Source of the DNA: a bacterium
GTDB lineage: Bacteria > UBA8248
Length of the DNA: 64,000 bases
Reading direction: 5' to 3'
Assembly: GCA_965199855.1 (NCBI GenBank)
Contig: OZ241326.1
Span: 32,001 to 96,000, forward strand
The position numbers and the translations under genes are program-made. Positions 43,560 to 53,577 of this stretch are shown here, in pieces. The notes beneath the pieces are model-generated. The model had not been told where the DNA came from. It did no database searches and saw only the letters and a program-made list of their open reading frames with translations. Position 1 is the stretch's first letter; every line of letters starts with the position of its first letter.

Positions 43560-44312
43560 TCAGAGGAATTCGCGCAGGCGAACGCCTTCGGGGTCGGCGG
43601 CTTCGAGCGCGGCGCGCTCGGCGGAGGTGGGCTCCGGCGTGGCGGGGACGCGCTCCAGATCGCCCAGGTCGAACCCCGTGGCCGCGCGCAGGGCGTCCGG
43701 CGCCACGCCCTGGTGGATCGACGCCACCCGAAGGCGGCCTTCCTCCTTGCGAAAGACGCACAGGGGCGTCACCACCCCCGCCACGCCGCCGGAGGCGGTC
43801 GCGAAGTCGCATCGCTCGGGAAAGCTCCTCGCGTCGTGCGCCGTTCTCCAGAGCACCGTCCGCCGGGCCGTGGGCAGAACGTGCGCGCTGCCCGCCCCGC
43901 CCGGAAGGCGCACCCTGGGGGCGTCCGGCTCCCCGATGAAAGAGAGGTTCACGTCCCCTCGCGCGTCGATTTGCGCCCCGCCCAGGAACGCCAGGTCGAG
44001 CCCGCCCCGGGCGGAGAGGTCGAAAATCTCCATGAGGCTGAAGTAGGAAAGCGACCCCTCCATGAGCTGCCGCGCCGTCGTGGAGCGCGGAAGGAACGAG
44101 GGCCGCGGATTCACGCCGCCGGGGACGTTGAGATAGGTGAGGCTCGGCGCATGGGCTTTCCGCGCCATGGCGATGGCCGCCATCGGCAGGGCCGAGGCCA
44201 CGCCGTGAAACACGACCTCCCCGTCGCGGATGAACCTGGAGAGGAAAACCGCCATCCTGTCGGCGAGGGCGCGCGCCTCCCGGGACGCGCCTCGCTCCGG
44301 GGCGGCGATCAC
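43560..44312 (-). CDS. Glutaconate-type CoA-transferase subunit B
   Basis: FLGGAQIDARGDVNLS, RLPGGAGS and SIHQGV. Confidence 0.85.
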   Translation of the reverse strand: MIAAPERGASREARALADRMAVFLSRFIRDGEVVFHGVASALPMAAIAMARKAHAPSLTYLNVPGGVNPRPSFLPRSTTARQLMEGSLSYFSLMEIFDLSARGGLDLAFLGGAQIDARGDVNLSFIGEPDAPRVRLPGGAGSAHVLPTARRTVLWRTAHDARSFPERCDFATASGGVAGVVTPLCVFRKEEGRLRVASIHQGVAPDALRAATGFDLGDLERVPATPEPTSAERAALEAADPEGVRLREFL

Positions 44313-45151
44313 GCGGTGCCCCCGGACGCCGCCGCGGCCCGCCCGCGGTCGCGCGCCTCCCAGAAATCCAGATGCGCCCGCGGGGATTCCGCCCGCGCCG
44401 CCGCGTCCACATACGCGCCCAGCGCGTTCTCGTCGATGTCGTAGAACGGATGGCATCCGCCGGGGCGCGCCCCTCCCGGGGCGTGGACGACCGCCCGCAC
44501 CATGAAGGCGGGAATCGCCGTTCGATCCGGCTTCTCGACGAAAAACGCGGTCTCCTCGATGCGCTCGGCCGTGAGAATCACCGCCTCGGCTGCCCTGGAC
44601 ATGAGCGCGTCCTCGAACGCGCCGCCCTCTATCCGCGCGTTTCCCTCCGCGTCGGCGTGCGTCACGTGGAGCGCGGCGAAGCGCGGCCTGATTCGGGGGA
44701 TCATATAGACCGGCGCGCCCGTGTAGGGGTCCCTCGCCCGCCGAAAGCCCGCGCGCGCCGCCGCGTCGCTTCCCTCCAGCCCCGCCGTGGGCTGGCTCGG
44801 CAGGCCGTAGGCGGAAGCCCTGAGGCCCGCGATGACCGTCGAGCAGGCGTGCTCGACCGCCTCCACGCGGCCCTCCTCCACGCCGCGCCTGTAGGAAGGC
44901 GCGAGGCCGAAGAGGTTCTCGAAGCCCACGTAGCCCGTCTGCGTTTGCGCCACGGCGCCCGCCGCGCAGAGCAAATCGACGTCGTAGGCGCCGGCCGTCT
45001 TCACGAGCCGAAGCTTCTTTCGCCCCTGGCGGGCGAGCTCCCGCGCGAAGGCGGCGGGAATCCGCGTGAGCGCGTTTCCGCCCAGAGCGAGCAAATCCCC
45101 GTTTCGCACGAGCGCCGCCGCTTCGGTGAGGGAGATGATTTTGCCCGCCAT
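44309..45151 (-). CDS. Glutaconate-type CoA-transferase subunit A
   Basis: GDLLALGG..RIPAAF, HVTHADAEGN and HAPGGARPGGC..YDID. Confidence 0.85.
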   Translation of the reverse strand: MAGKIISLTEAAALVRNGDLLALGGNALTRIPAAFARELARQGRKKLRLVKTAGAYDVDLLCAAGAVAQTQTGYVGFENLFGLAPSYRRGVEEGRVEAVEHACSTVIAGLRASAYGLPSQPTAGLEGSDAAARAGFRRARDPYTGAPVYMIPRIRPRFAALHVTHADAEGNARIEGGAFEDALMSRAAEAVILTAERIEETAFFVEKPDRTAIPAFMVRAVVHAPGGARPGGCHPFYDIDENALGAYVDAAARAESPRAHLDFWEARDRGRAAAASGGTA

Positions 45152-45277
45152 CGCGTTCTCCTCAAGGGGGCCATCCCGGCGCCCCGATTATCCCCCAGGC
45201 GCGCGAGCCTCTCAAGGCCGGCGCGCGGGCGTCCCCCGAGGCGCGCGCGCAAGCGCTTGATTTTTCTGAAAATTCCG

Positions 45278-45306
45278 TTGACAAGGCCGCGCGGATTCCC
45301 TAGTGT
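45278..45306 (+). promoter_or_regulatory. Sigma-70 promoter of scpAB
   Basis: TTGACA-17nt-TAGTGT. Confidence 0.65.
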
Positions 45307-45412
45307 GACGGGCGGCTTGACGGAGACGGAGAGCCTCCCCGCCCATGCGGGCTCCGTAGAATCACCCGAGGGCCGATGAACGCCCGCCCGACTCCGCCCA
45401 TTCGGGGTGCGC

Positions 45413-46318
45413 ATGAATCCGCAGGAAAACCCCTCCGGCGCAGAAAACGGACGCGCGTCCGCGGACGCGACGAGGCTCGCCGATCCTCCCCCGGAAGGGG
45501 ACGCCTCCGCGGGCGATTCCGATAGTTGGGAAATCCCGGAAGCCGCGGCTGGGGCGGCCTCCGCCTCGGACGGCGACGACGCTTCCGGGCGCTTCGAGGT
45601 CAAAATCGACGTGTTCGAGGGGCCGCTCGAGCTCCTGCTCCATCTGGTGCGCGAGCACAGGCTGGACATTCACGACATCCCGGTGGCGTTCATCACCGAC
45701 CAGTATCTGAAATACGTGGAGCTCCTCAAGAAGCTGAACGTCGACCTGGCGTCCGAATACCTCGTCATGGCCTCCTGGCTGGTCTATCTCAAAAGCAGAA
45801 CCCTTCTGCCCCAAACCGAAGACGACGCGGAAGAGGAAGACCCCGAAGCGCTGAGAGAGGAGCTCCAGCGCCAGCTCATCGAATATCAGAAGTTCAAGAA
45901 AATCAGCCAGGCGCTTCGCTGCGCCGAGGAGGAGCAGTCCTGGATCTACGCACGAAGCGGCGGGGACGCCCCGACGGAGGAGGATGGGGAAGAAGAGGCG
46001 CCCAGGCTCCAGGCGACGGCGTTCGACCTCATCAGGGCGATGCGGCGCCTGCTCGAATCCATCGGGGAGGAAGGGATTCACCTCGTGGATATCGACGAGC
46101 TCGAGGTCGCCGACATGAGAGCCAGGCTGCTGGACGACCTCGAAGGCGCGGGCGAGGAGGGCGTCCTTTTCCACGCGCTGTTCCGGACGAGGCGCGCCCT
46201 TGAAGTGGTGGCCGTCTTCCTGGCGCTCCTCGAACTCGTCAAGGGAAATCTCGTGGTGGCGCGGCAGGCGTCCAGTTTCGGTGAAATTCGCATTATGAAG
46301 GCGGTGCGCGATGAATGA
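45413..46318 (+). CDS. scpA: Segregation and condensation protein A
   Basis: FEGPLELLLHLV, EYLVMASWLVYLKSRTLLP and FLALLELVK. Confidence 0.93.
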   Translation: MNPQENPSGAENGRASADATRLADPPPEGDASAGDSDSWEIPEAAAGAASASDGDDASGRFEVKIDVFEGPLELLLHLVREHRLDIHDIPVAFITDQYLKYVELLKKLNVDLASEYLVMASWLVYLKSRTLLPQTEDDAEEEDPEALREELQRQLIEYQKFKKISQALRCAEEEQSWIYARSGGDAPTEEDGEEEAPRLQATAFDLIRAMRRLLESIGEEGIHLVDIDELEVADMRARLLDDLEGAGEEGVLFHALFRTRRALEVVAVFLALLELVKGNLVVARQASSFGEIRIMKAVRDE

Positions 46319-47261
46319 CCCCCGGCGGGAAGGCAGGGAAGCGGAGCGAATCGAATCCGACGCACCCTTTGAACTCGCGGAGGACGCGGCGGCGGCGCCC
46401 GACGCGTCGGCCAGGGCGCTGGCCGAGCATCAGATGGAGGCCATGGAGGAGCTTCGGGAGGAGACTCCCTTCGAGATCGAGGAGAGGCTCCCGGAGCTGG
46501 CCGAAGGCGCGGCCGAGGAGGAGGCCGAAGCGGGAGAAAGCGGCGCGGACGCGCCTCTCGTCATGGACCTGGACGAGGCCAAAAAGGCGATCGAATCCAT
46601 CCTGTTCCTCGCCAGCGAACCGCTCAGGCCCCGGGACATCTCGGCCATCTTCCGGGGCGTGGCCAACGTCAACGCCAAGGTCGTCCGCAAGCTGCTGGGC
46701 GAGCTGGCGGAGGAATATCGGGAGAGAACCCTGCAGATCGTCGAGGTGGCCGGGGGCTTCCGTCTGTGTACGCGCGCGGAGTTCTCCCCCTGGGTGAAGC
46801 GGTTCCTGAAGACGGAGAAAAAGGCCAGGCTCTCCCAAGCGGCACTCGAAGCCTTGGCCATCCTGGCCTACAAGCAACCCATCACCAAGGCGGAGGTTGA
46901 GGAGATCAGGCGGGTGGACTGCGGCGGCGTGCTGAACACCCTGCTCGAGCGCGGACTCATCCGCATCCTCGGCCGCCGGGACGTGGTGGGCCGGCCCATC
47001 GTCTATGGCACCACGCCCCTGTTCCTGGAGCATTTCGGCTTCAAGAGCCTCTCGGACATGCCGAACCCCGAGGAGTTCGAGGCGACCGAAGAGCTGGGCC
47101 GGGGGCCGCTGGAAGCCGCGGGAGCCATCCTCGCGCTGGAGGAGGGGCAGGCGCCGCCGCCGGAAAGCCGCGCGGACGAGCCGGCGGAGGCGGGCGACAT
47201 CCCCGCGGAAGCGGCCGCCGCCTCCGGGGACGGCGGGAAGCCGGCGGAGATCGCTCCCTGA
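46311..47261 (+). CDS. scpB: Segregation and condensation protein B
   Basis: IESILF, LSQAALEALAILAYKQPIT and GRPIVYGTT..FLEHFG. Confidence 0.93.
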   Translation: MNDPRREGREAERIESDAPFELAEDAAAAPDASARALAEHQMEAMEELREETPFEIEERLPELAEGAAEEEAEAGESGADAPLVMDLDEAKKAIESILFLASEPLRPRDISAIFRGVANVNAKVVRKLLGELAEEYRERTLQIVEVAGGFRLCTRAEFSPWVKRFLKTEKKARLSQAALEALAILAYKQPITKAEVEEIRRVDCGGVLNTLLERGLIRILGRRDVVGRPIVYGTTPLFLEHFGFKSLSDMPNPEEFEATEELGRGPLEAAGAILALEEGQAPPPESRADEPAEAGDIPAEAAAASGDGGKPAEIAP

Positions 47262-47328
47262 CGAAGCGCCCGGAGCCTCGCCTCTCCGTAGCCGGCGGAG
47301 CCGCGCATTCTCCGAGAAGGAGCCGGGC

Positions 47329-48276
47329 GTGCGCTTCGGCGTCATGGGGACGGGCGGCGTGGGCGGCTACTTCGGCGCCATGCTCGCGCGAGGCGGCAAG
47401 GAGGTCGCCTTCATCGCGCGCGGAGCGCATCTTGCCGCCATGCGAAAAGAGGGCCTTCGCGTGGAGAGCGCGGCGCCCGGAGACTTCATCGCGCGCGAAG
47501 GCGCGCTGTTCACGGACTCCCCGGCGGAGGCGGGCCCGTGCGGCGTCATCCTCTACTGCGTGAAGACGACCGCCGATGAGACCGCCATTCCCGCCCTCGC
47601 GCCCATGGTCGGCGCGGGCAGCGTCATCATCAGCCTGCAAAACGGCGTGGACAGCGAGGAGAGGCTGGCGGCCGCCTACGGCGCGGAGCGGGTGATGGGC
47701 GGGGCGGCTTACATCTTCACCTCCATCGCGGCGCCGGGGCGCGTCCGGCAAATCGGCGGGCCGAGGCGGCTGGTCTTCGGCGAGCCTGCGGGCGGGACGA
47801 GCGGGCGCGGCGCGAGAATTCTCGCCGAATTCCGGGAGGCGGGAATCAACGCGGAGCTCTCCGGGGACATCCGGGCGGAGCTCTGGACGAAGTTCATCTT
47901 CATCTGCGCGGTGGGGGGCATGACGGCGCTCACGCGCTCTCCCATCGGGGAGCTCATGGCCTACGAGGGCGCGAGAAGCATGATGCGCGAGGCGATGCGC
48001 GAGGTCTTCCTCGTGGGCCGCGCCAGGGGCGTGAACCTTCCCGACGGCGCGGATGAGGATCGCTTCCGCTTTCTGGACGAGCAGAACCCGGCCAGCAAGG
48101 GCAGCCTGTGCCACGACCTGGAGGCGGGCAGGCGCCTCGAAATCGACGCGCTGTGCGGCGCGGTCTCCCGCATGGGGGCGGAGGCGGGCGTGAAGACGCC
48201 CCTGAACGACTTCCTCTTCCACGCGCTCAAGCTCGCCGACCTGCGAATCGCGGGCGAGGCGAGGCGCGCGCGATGA
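47329..48276 (+). CDS. panE: 2-dehydropantoate 2-reductase family
   Basis: GTGGVGGYFG, SLQNGVD, LWTKF and SLCHDLEAGRRLEIDALCG. Confidence 0.85.
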   Translation: MRFGVMGTGGVGGYFGAMLARGGKEVAFIARGAHLAAMRKEGLRVESAAPGDFIAREGALFTDSPAEAGPCGVILYCVKTTADETAIPALAPMVGAGSVIISLQNGVDSEERLAAAYGAERVMGGAAYIFTSIAAPGRVRQIGGPRRLVFGEPAGGTSGRGARILAEFREAGINAELSGDIRAELWTKFIFICAVGGMTALTRSPIGELMAYEGARSMMREAMREVFLVGRARGVNLPDGADEDRFRFLDEQNPASKGSLCHDLEAGRRLEIDALCGAVSRMGAEAGVKTPLNDFLFHALKLADLRIAGEARRAR

Positions 48277-48349
48277 GCAAGCCGCCCGGCGCGAGGCGCG
48301 CGGCGGCCTCTCGCGTCCCCCGTTCGCCGGCCCGAGGAGAAGCCTTGCG

Positions 48350-48817
48350 ATGGCGCGAAGATACTGGCTGATGAAGAGCGAGCCGGACGCCTATTCGTTC
48401 GACGACCTCATGGCGGAGCGCGGCCGCACCGCCTGCTGGGACGGGGTGAGAAACTACCAGGCCAGAAACTTCATGATGGAGATGAAGGCGGGCGACGCCG
48501 TTCTCTTCTACCACTCGAACGCGAAGCCGCCCCACGTGGCGGGCGTCGCGCGGGTGGCGCGCGAGGCGTATCCCGATCACACCCAATACGACGAGAAGTC
48601 GAAATACTACGACCCGAAGTCTCCCGCCGACGCCCCCCGATGGCGCATGGTGGACGTGCAGGGGGTGGAGAAGCTCCCCCGGCCGGTTTCCCTCGACGAA
48701 CTGAAGGCCAACCCCCGGCTGGCCGGGATGCGCGTCATCCAGAAGGGACAGCGCCTGAGCGTCCAGCCCGTGAGCAAAAAGGAATTCGACGAAGTGCTGC
48801 GCATGGCCCGGCGATAG
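48350..48817 (+). CDS. EVE domain protein
   Basis: YWLMKSEP, WDGVRNYQARN and RLSVQPV. Confidence 0.93.
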   Translation: MARRYWLMKSEPDAYSFDDLMAERGRTACWDGVRNYQARNFMMEMKAGDAVLFYHSNAKPPHVAGVARVAREAYPDHTQYDEKSKYYDPKSPADAPRWRMVDVQGVEKLPRPVSLDELKANPRLAGMRVIQKGQRLSVQPVSKKEFDEVLRMARR

Positions 48818-48838
48818 CTTCCTCCCGCCCCGGGCCGA

Positions 48839-49327
48839 TCAGGACGGGGAGGCGGGCCGCTCGACCGTCGCGCCGTGCAGGGCGCGCCTGAAATCCAGAG
48901 GGCGGGCGATGGACGGGAGATTGACGTCTCCCACGCCCATCCCCTTGCAGAGCACCTCCCCGTAGCCGAAGATTCGGCCGGCGACGCTCTGGCTCACGTT
49001 CACCTCCTCGATGCGGCTGAGCCTGATCTCTTCGGTATTCCTGGCTACCCAGCCGCGCTTATAGACCAGACGCCGGTTCGTGATCGCGATTTCGGTCGTC
49101 CACTTGCGGACCATCAGCGCGAGGAAGCCGAGAAAGCCCGCCGCGGCGACCGCCAGAAGCAGGAAGCCGAGGACGCTCGAAGGCGGAAACCCTCCCTGAA
49201 GGCCCGCGAAGCCGGCCGCCGCCCCGACGGCGAGCCGGAGGGCGGCGTTCAGGGTATAGAGCCAGTGAAATTTCCCGGAGCATACGACCTGCTCCCCTTC
49301 GGCGAGCGTCTGCTCCACGTATCCCAT
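48839..49327 (-). CDS. Membrane-anchored bacterial PH-domain protein
   Basis: YVEQTLAEGE, two TM segments, TTEIAITNRR and QSVAGRIFGYG. Confidence 0.85.
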   Translation of the reverse strand: MGYVEQTLAEGEQVVCSGKFHWLYTLNAALRLAVGAAAGFAGLQGGFPPSSVLGFLLLAVAAAGFLGFLALMVRKWTTEIAITNRRLVYKRGWVARNTEEIRLSRIEEVNVSQSVAGRIFGYGEVLCKGMGVGDVNLPSIARPLDFRRALHGATVERPASPS

Positions 49328-49418
49328 TTTCAGCCTTTCGCCTTCTCCGCCCGCGCCCTGCGGGGACGAGGCGCCGCGGCGCGCCCGCTCCGCCGAAAGC
49401 CCGCGGCCGCCCGGCCCG

Positions 49419-50846
49419 TCAGCTCGCCAGACGCTTCTTCATCGCCTCGAAATCCTCCTCGAAGAAGAAGGAATCCTCCCCGAACGCCGGCTTGAGGCCG
49501 GTGAGCCAGGTGGCGGACTCGTCGCACTCGGCGAAGAACAGACGCCCCATCCACTCGGGGTTTCTCGCCTGGAGGAAGTGAAGCGCGATGACGCGCTCGC
49601 CGCGAATCTCCTCGACGCCCAGCACCTGCACCTTGCCGGGGGCGGAGCTCATCACGGGGCCCCGCGCGGTTCGCCCGAGTCCCGAAACCTGGGCGATGGC
49701 CTTGCGGTAGATCGCGTGGGCGCGCGTCAGGGGCAGCTCGAAGTAGCGCTTCGCGCCCGTGTCCCTCTCCACGAACATGTAGTAGGGGATGAGGCCCAGG
49801 CGCACCTGCTCTTTCCACATGCGCGCCCACACGTCCGCGTCGTCGTTGATGTGTCTGAGGAGGGGCGCCTGCGTCCTGATGACGGCGCCGGTGTCCCGGA
49901 TTCTCCGAATCGCCTCGCGCACGATGGGGGTGTCGAGCTCCCGCCCGTGGTTGAAGTGCGACATGATGGCGATGTGCTTGCCCGCCTTTATCACCTTCTC
50001 GAAGAGGCGAAGCGCGTCGTCCGCGTCGGGGTCGGTGGTGAAGCGGTAGGGCCAGAAGGTGAGCGCCTTCGTGCCGATGCGGACGTCGCGGATGTGCTCG
50101 AGGCGCGGGTCCTCGGCGATGGGCAGGAGGTAGCTCTCCAGCGCCTTGGTCTTCATGATCATCGGGTCGCCGCCGGTGAAGAGGACGTCCGTCACCTCCG
50201 GGTGCTTGGCGAGATATTCGCGGAGAATGTCCCCGTCCGTCGAGATGAAGCGGAGCTCCTTGTCCCCCACGAACTGCGCCCAGCGGAAGCAGAACGTGCA
50301 GTAGGCGTGGCAGGTCTGCCCCTGGCCGGGGAAGAAGAGCACCGTCTCGTGGTATTTGTGCTGCATTCCCTCCAGGTGCTCGTCGTCCAGGGTGGGGACG
50401 TTCAGGGTCTGCTGTCCGGCGGGGTGGGGGTTCAGCCCCGCCCTGATCTCGTGGATGGCGGTGTCGAGCTCGCGCTTGGGCGCGTCGCGCTTCAGGAGGT
50501 CCGCCACGAGGTCGAAGTCCTCCTCCGCCAGCATCCCCGTCTGGGGAAAGGAGAGCTGGTAGATGGGGTCTTCGGGCACCTTGTCCCAATCGACGAGGTT
50601 CTCCAGCACGTAGCGGTTCGTGCGGAAGGGCAGCACGCTGCTCACCACCTTCATGTTGAAGCGCATCTCCTCGGAGAGGCTCTGCAGCTCGGGCGCGCTG
50701 TCGATGTGCTGGGCGATGATGGGCTTGTAGCGGGGAGGCTCCAGGGTGATGAGGTTGTCGGCGGCGGGCGCTCCGTTGCCGCCGTTGCGGGGCGTCTCCT
50801 CCGCCGCGCCCTGCGCGGAATGCTCCGTATTTCGGGACTGGTTCAT
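49419..50846 (-). CDS. KamA-family radical SAM protein (lysine 2,3-aminomutase-like)
   Basis: HKY, CHAYCTFCFRW (CxxxCxxC), LFTGGDPM, HFNH and PYYMF. Confidence 0.88.
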   Translation of the reverse strand: MNQSRNTEHSAQGAAEETPRNGGNGAPAADNLITLEPPRYKPIIAQHIDSAPELQSLSEEMRFNMKVVSSVLPFRTNRYVLENLVDWDKVPEDPIYQLSFPQTGMLAEEDFDLVADLLKRDAPKRELDTAIHEIRAGLNPHPAGQQTLNVPTLDDEHLEGMQHKYHETVLFFPGQGQTCHAYCTFCFRWAQFVGDKELRFISTDGDILREYLAKHPEVTDVLFTGGDPMIMKTKALESYLLPIAEDPRLEHIRDVRIGTKALTFWPYRFTTDPDADDALRLFEKVIKAGKHIAIMSHFNHGRELDTPIVREAIRRIRDTGAVIRTQAPLLRHINDDADVWARMWKEQVRLGLIPYYMFVERDTGAKRYFELPLTRAHAIYRKAIAQVSGLGRTARGPVMSSAPGKVQVLGVEEIRGERVIALHFLQARNPEWMGRLFFAECDESATWLTGLKPAFGEDSFFFEEDFEAMKKRLAS

Positions 50847-50952
50847 GTCGTATCCTCCCTTTGATGGCCATCGCCTCCCCGGCCACGTTCCGGGAAGGCT
50901 CCAAACCGGTCAACCAAGAGGCCATGAGACGGCCCTACGGGCGAACGCCCGG

Positions 50953-50982
50953 ATTCTAGCAAGCCCCGCGCCGGGGAGTCAA
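50953..50982 (-). promoter_or_regulatory. Sigma-70 promoter for the KamA-like gene
   Basis: TTGACT-18nt-TAGAAT, implying a 5' leader of about 100 nt. Confidence 0.55.
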
Positions 50983-51084
50983 GAAAATCGTTTCAAGCGA
51001 CCTGCCGCGCCCCGCCGGCGCCTAGCACCGGAAGCTCATACCGCCAGTCGTCCTTCGGCGCCAGATGGCCAGATGCTTCCAAGG

Positions 51085-51406
51085 CTACTCTCGGCTTCCC
51101 CCTTCCCCTGCGCCGCCTTGTTCCTTTCGGGCCCGTTCGCTGACATGGGCGATATTCCTCGCGTTCGACGCCGGGGCCACCGGCTCAGCCGCAACAACGG
51201 ATGGCTTTTCCCGCCGCGTTTCCCTTCCTTCCGTAATGAGAACATGAATCAGCGCAGCGGGCCAAAGGAAAAGGCCGCAGAGAAGCCATCCAGATATCTC
51301 TCCTCCCCCGTATCCCTTTGCTTGGGCGATACAAGGAACAACAATCGTCCCGACCACCAGAGCGATTACCACGACCAGCGCGATCAACGAGTGTTGAGGG
51401 TTCCAT
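51085..51406 (-). pseudogene. Small membrane protein, apparently frameshifted near its start
   Basis: RBS and ATG at 51406 are out of frame with the hydrophobic stretch LIALVVVIALVVGTIVVPCIAQAKG..GWLLCGLFLWPAALIHVL. Lower GC than the flanks. Confidence 0.4.
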
Positions 51407-51445
51407 GTTTTCCCCCTGGACAAAGGTCGAAGTCGCGCCGCGCGC

Positions 51446-52186
51446 CTAATGGGGCATGTGGGCGGGGTTCCAGAACTCGCCCGTGCGAATCGTGTGCGCC
51501 TGCCGATCTCCGTGCGGATGCCAGCCACCCTCGTTTTTCCGCGCCTGCTCCTCGAAGTCATACTCGACCCGGTGAATCTCTCCGTCCCATTTCCCGCCGC
51601 CCTGATATTCGAGCAGGACGTAGGCGGGGCGATTGTCCCCGTCCCAGTTCACGGCGGCGGACGCGGCGCACACGAGGGTCTGGCCGCCCACCTCCCGGAC
51701 GTAGGGGCCGTGCACCTGCCCGAAGGCCACGATCTCGGACTTCTCACCCGCCAGGCGCTCGAGAATCTCCTCGTCGCTCAGACGAAGCGGAAGCACCCCC
51801 TCGTCGTCGCCCGGCGCGCCGTGGAAGACGCGCAGATCGTGGCCGGGCTCGGGCGTGATCGTCAGCTCCCGGGGCAGGCCCCTCAGCCAGTCGAGCTGCT
51901 CATGCGTCAGACGCTCGCGCGTGAGGCGGGCGCTCTCGTTTCTGCCGGGAAAGGGGTTCTCCCGCTCATCGACGTGATCGATGACCCAGCGATCGAAATT
52001 TCCCAGGATGGGCAGGCAGTTTTTCCGGGAGCGGAGGCGCTCGACCACCTCGCCCGGCTCCGGCCCGCCCATGACGTGATCCCCGGGCGCAATCTCCCAG
52101 TGCGCCTCATGCTTGTCGATTTCCGCCAAAACGGCGTCCAGCGGAGCGAGTTGGGCGTGAATGTCGGAATAAAGCGCCAGTTTCAT
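51446..52186 (-). CDS. Metallophosphoesterase (YfcE-like)
   Basis: SDIHA, GD, GNFD, FHG and FGQVH motifs. Confidence 0.88.
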   Translation of the reverse strand: MKLALYSDIHAQLAPLDAVLAEIDKHEAHWEIAPGDHVMGGPEPGEVVERLRSRKNCLPILGNFDRWVIDHVDERENPFPGRNESARLTRERLTHEQLDWLRGLPRELTITPEPGHDLRVFHGAPGDDEGVLPLRLSDEEILERLAGEKSEIVAFGQVHGPYVREVGGQTLVCAASAAVNWDGDNRPAYVLLEYQGGGKWDGEIHRVEYDFEEQARKNEGGWHPHGDRQAHTIRTGEFWNPAHMPH

Positions 52187-52188
52187 CG

Positions 52189-53577
52189 TCAGCCTCCATG
52201 ATTGGCGGGTTTCGGGCGTCCATCATCCGGGGACGCTTCGCGTCGGTTCAGGAGCCTTCGCCCCGATTCCGCGAGCGCCTCCATTTTCTCCCGCAGACGG
52301 GGATAGCGCAGCGCGCCCCCCTTCTTCACGACTTCCCCCGCCACGAAAACCGCGTCTACGTTGGCGAAGGACGCCTGAAAGACGACCGTCTCCAGCGCGT
52401 CGTGCGCGGGAAAGAGGTTCAGATCGGTCTTGCGGAGCAGGATGACGTCCGCCTGCTTGCCCGGCGTGAGCGACCCCGTCCTCTCCCCCAGCCCCAGGGC
52501 GCGCGCGCCGTCTATGGTCGCCCACTCCAGGGCGCGCCGCGCGGAGACGGCGACCCGCGCCGGGGAGGTTCGCCCGTCCAGGGTCTTCTGGTTCTCCCGG
52601 GCGCGGGCGAACTGAAGCCCCATCCGCATCATGGTGAACACGTCGCCGCTGATGTTCGACTCCACGTCAATCCCCAGCGTCGGCCTGCCGCCCAGCACCA
52701 GAACGCGCGCGATGACGGGCTCGCCGTGGCCCATCTGCATCTCCACTTCGGGGCAGGATGTGATCGAGCAGCCCGAGTCGACGAGGATCCCCAACTCCTC
52801 CCCGCTCAGCTGGTTCGCGTGCACGGCGTTGAAGTCGGGCCCCAGAAGCCCCTCGCGCGCGAGCCGGCGGATTCCGTCCGGCGTCTCCCGCTGGAAGCCG
52901 CCGCCCACGTGCGCGCTCCACAGCAGGCCGTGCTCCCGCGCGAGGCGGGCGTCTTGGACGCACACGTCAAGCGCCGAAAGGTCGGGCCCGCGCGCCGCCA
53001 TCGCCAGGGTGATGAGGCTCTCCTCCGAGGCGAGGCGCCCCTTCCGCAGACGCGCGATCTCCCCGGGAGGGTGCGGCCGCCGGCTGAGCGGCGGCTCGCC
53101 CTCCGCAATCCTGGGCTTGGGCGTTCCATGCCCGAACACCGCGCGGATGCCCGCCTCCGCCAGCCCGTCGATCCCCGCGTCGGTATGGTCGGGCGTGGGG
53201 TTGTTGTGGCACCAGTCGAAGAGCGTCGTGGCGCCGCAGGCGAGCTGGTTTAGTGCGCCGACCAGGTTCGCCAGATACACGTCCTCCGGCCGGAACCGGG
53301 GGCCGAACCCCTCGTGCACGTTCCGGAGGTACTCCGCCAGCGACCAGTCCCCCGCGATTCCGCGAACCCCCGTCTGCCAGGTGTGCTGGTGGGCGTTCAC
53401 CAGCCCCGGCATGACGATGAAGTCCCGCGCGTCCACCCGCTCGGCGTCGGGAGCGCGGACGCCGCGGCCGACCTCCCTGATCACGTCGTCCTCGATGAGC
53501 ACGTCGCCGTTCGGGATATCCCCGAGCGCGGGATCGAGGGTGAGAACGTCGCCTCCCTGCAGGAGCGTTCGCCGCAC
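52189..53577 (-). CDS. Amidohydrolase (SsnA/MtaD-like deaminase family)
   Basis: PGLVNAHQHTWQ, ATIDGARALG and GSLTPGKQADV. Start reassigned to GTG at 53577. Confidence 0.88.
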   Translation of the reverse strand: MRRTLLQGGDVLTLDPALGDIPNGDVLIEDDVIREVGRGVRAPDAERVDARDFIVMPGLVNAHQHTWQTGVRGIAGDWSLAEYLRNVHEGFGPRFRPEDVYLANLVGALNQLACGATTLFDWCHNNPTPDHTDAGIDGLAEAGIRAVFGHGTPKPRIAEGEPPLSRRPHPPGEIARLRKGRLASEESLITLAMAARGPDLSALDVCVQDARLAREHGLLWSAHVGGGFQRETPDGIRRLAREGLLGPDFNAVHANQLSGEELGILVDSGCSITSCPEVEMQMGHGEPVIARVLVLGGRPTLGIDVESNISGDVFTMMRMGLQFARARENQKTLDGRTSPARVAVSARRALEWATIDGARALGLGERTGSLTPGKQADVILLRKTDLNLFPAHDALETVVFQASFANVDAVFVAGEVVKKGGALRYPRLREKMEALAESGRRLLNRREASPDDGRPKPANHGG

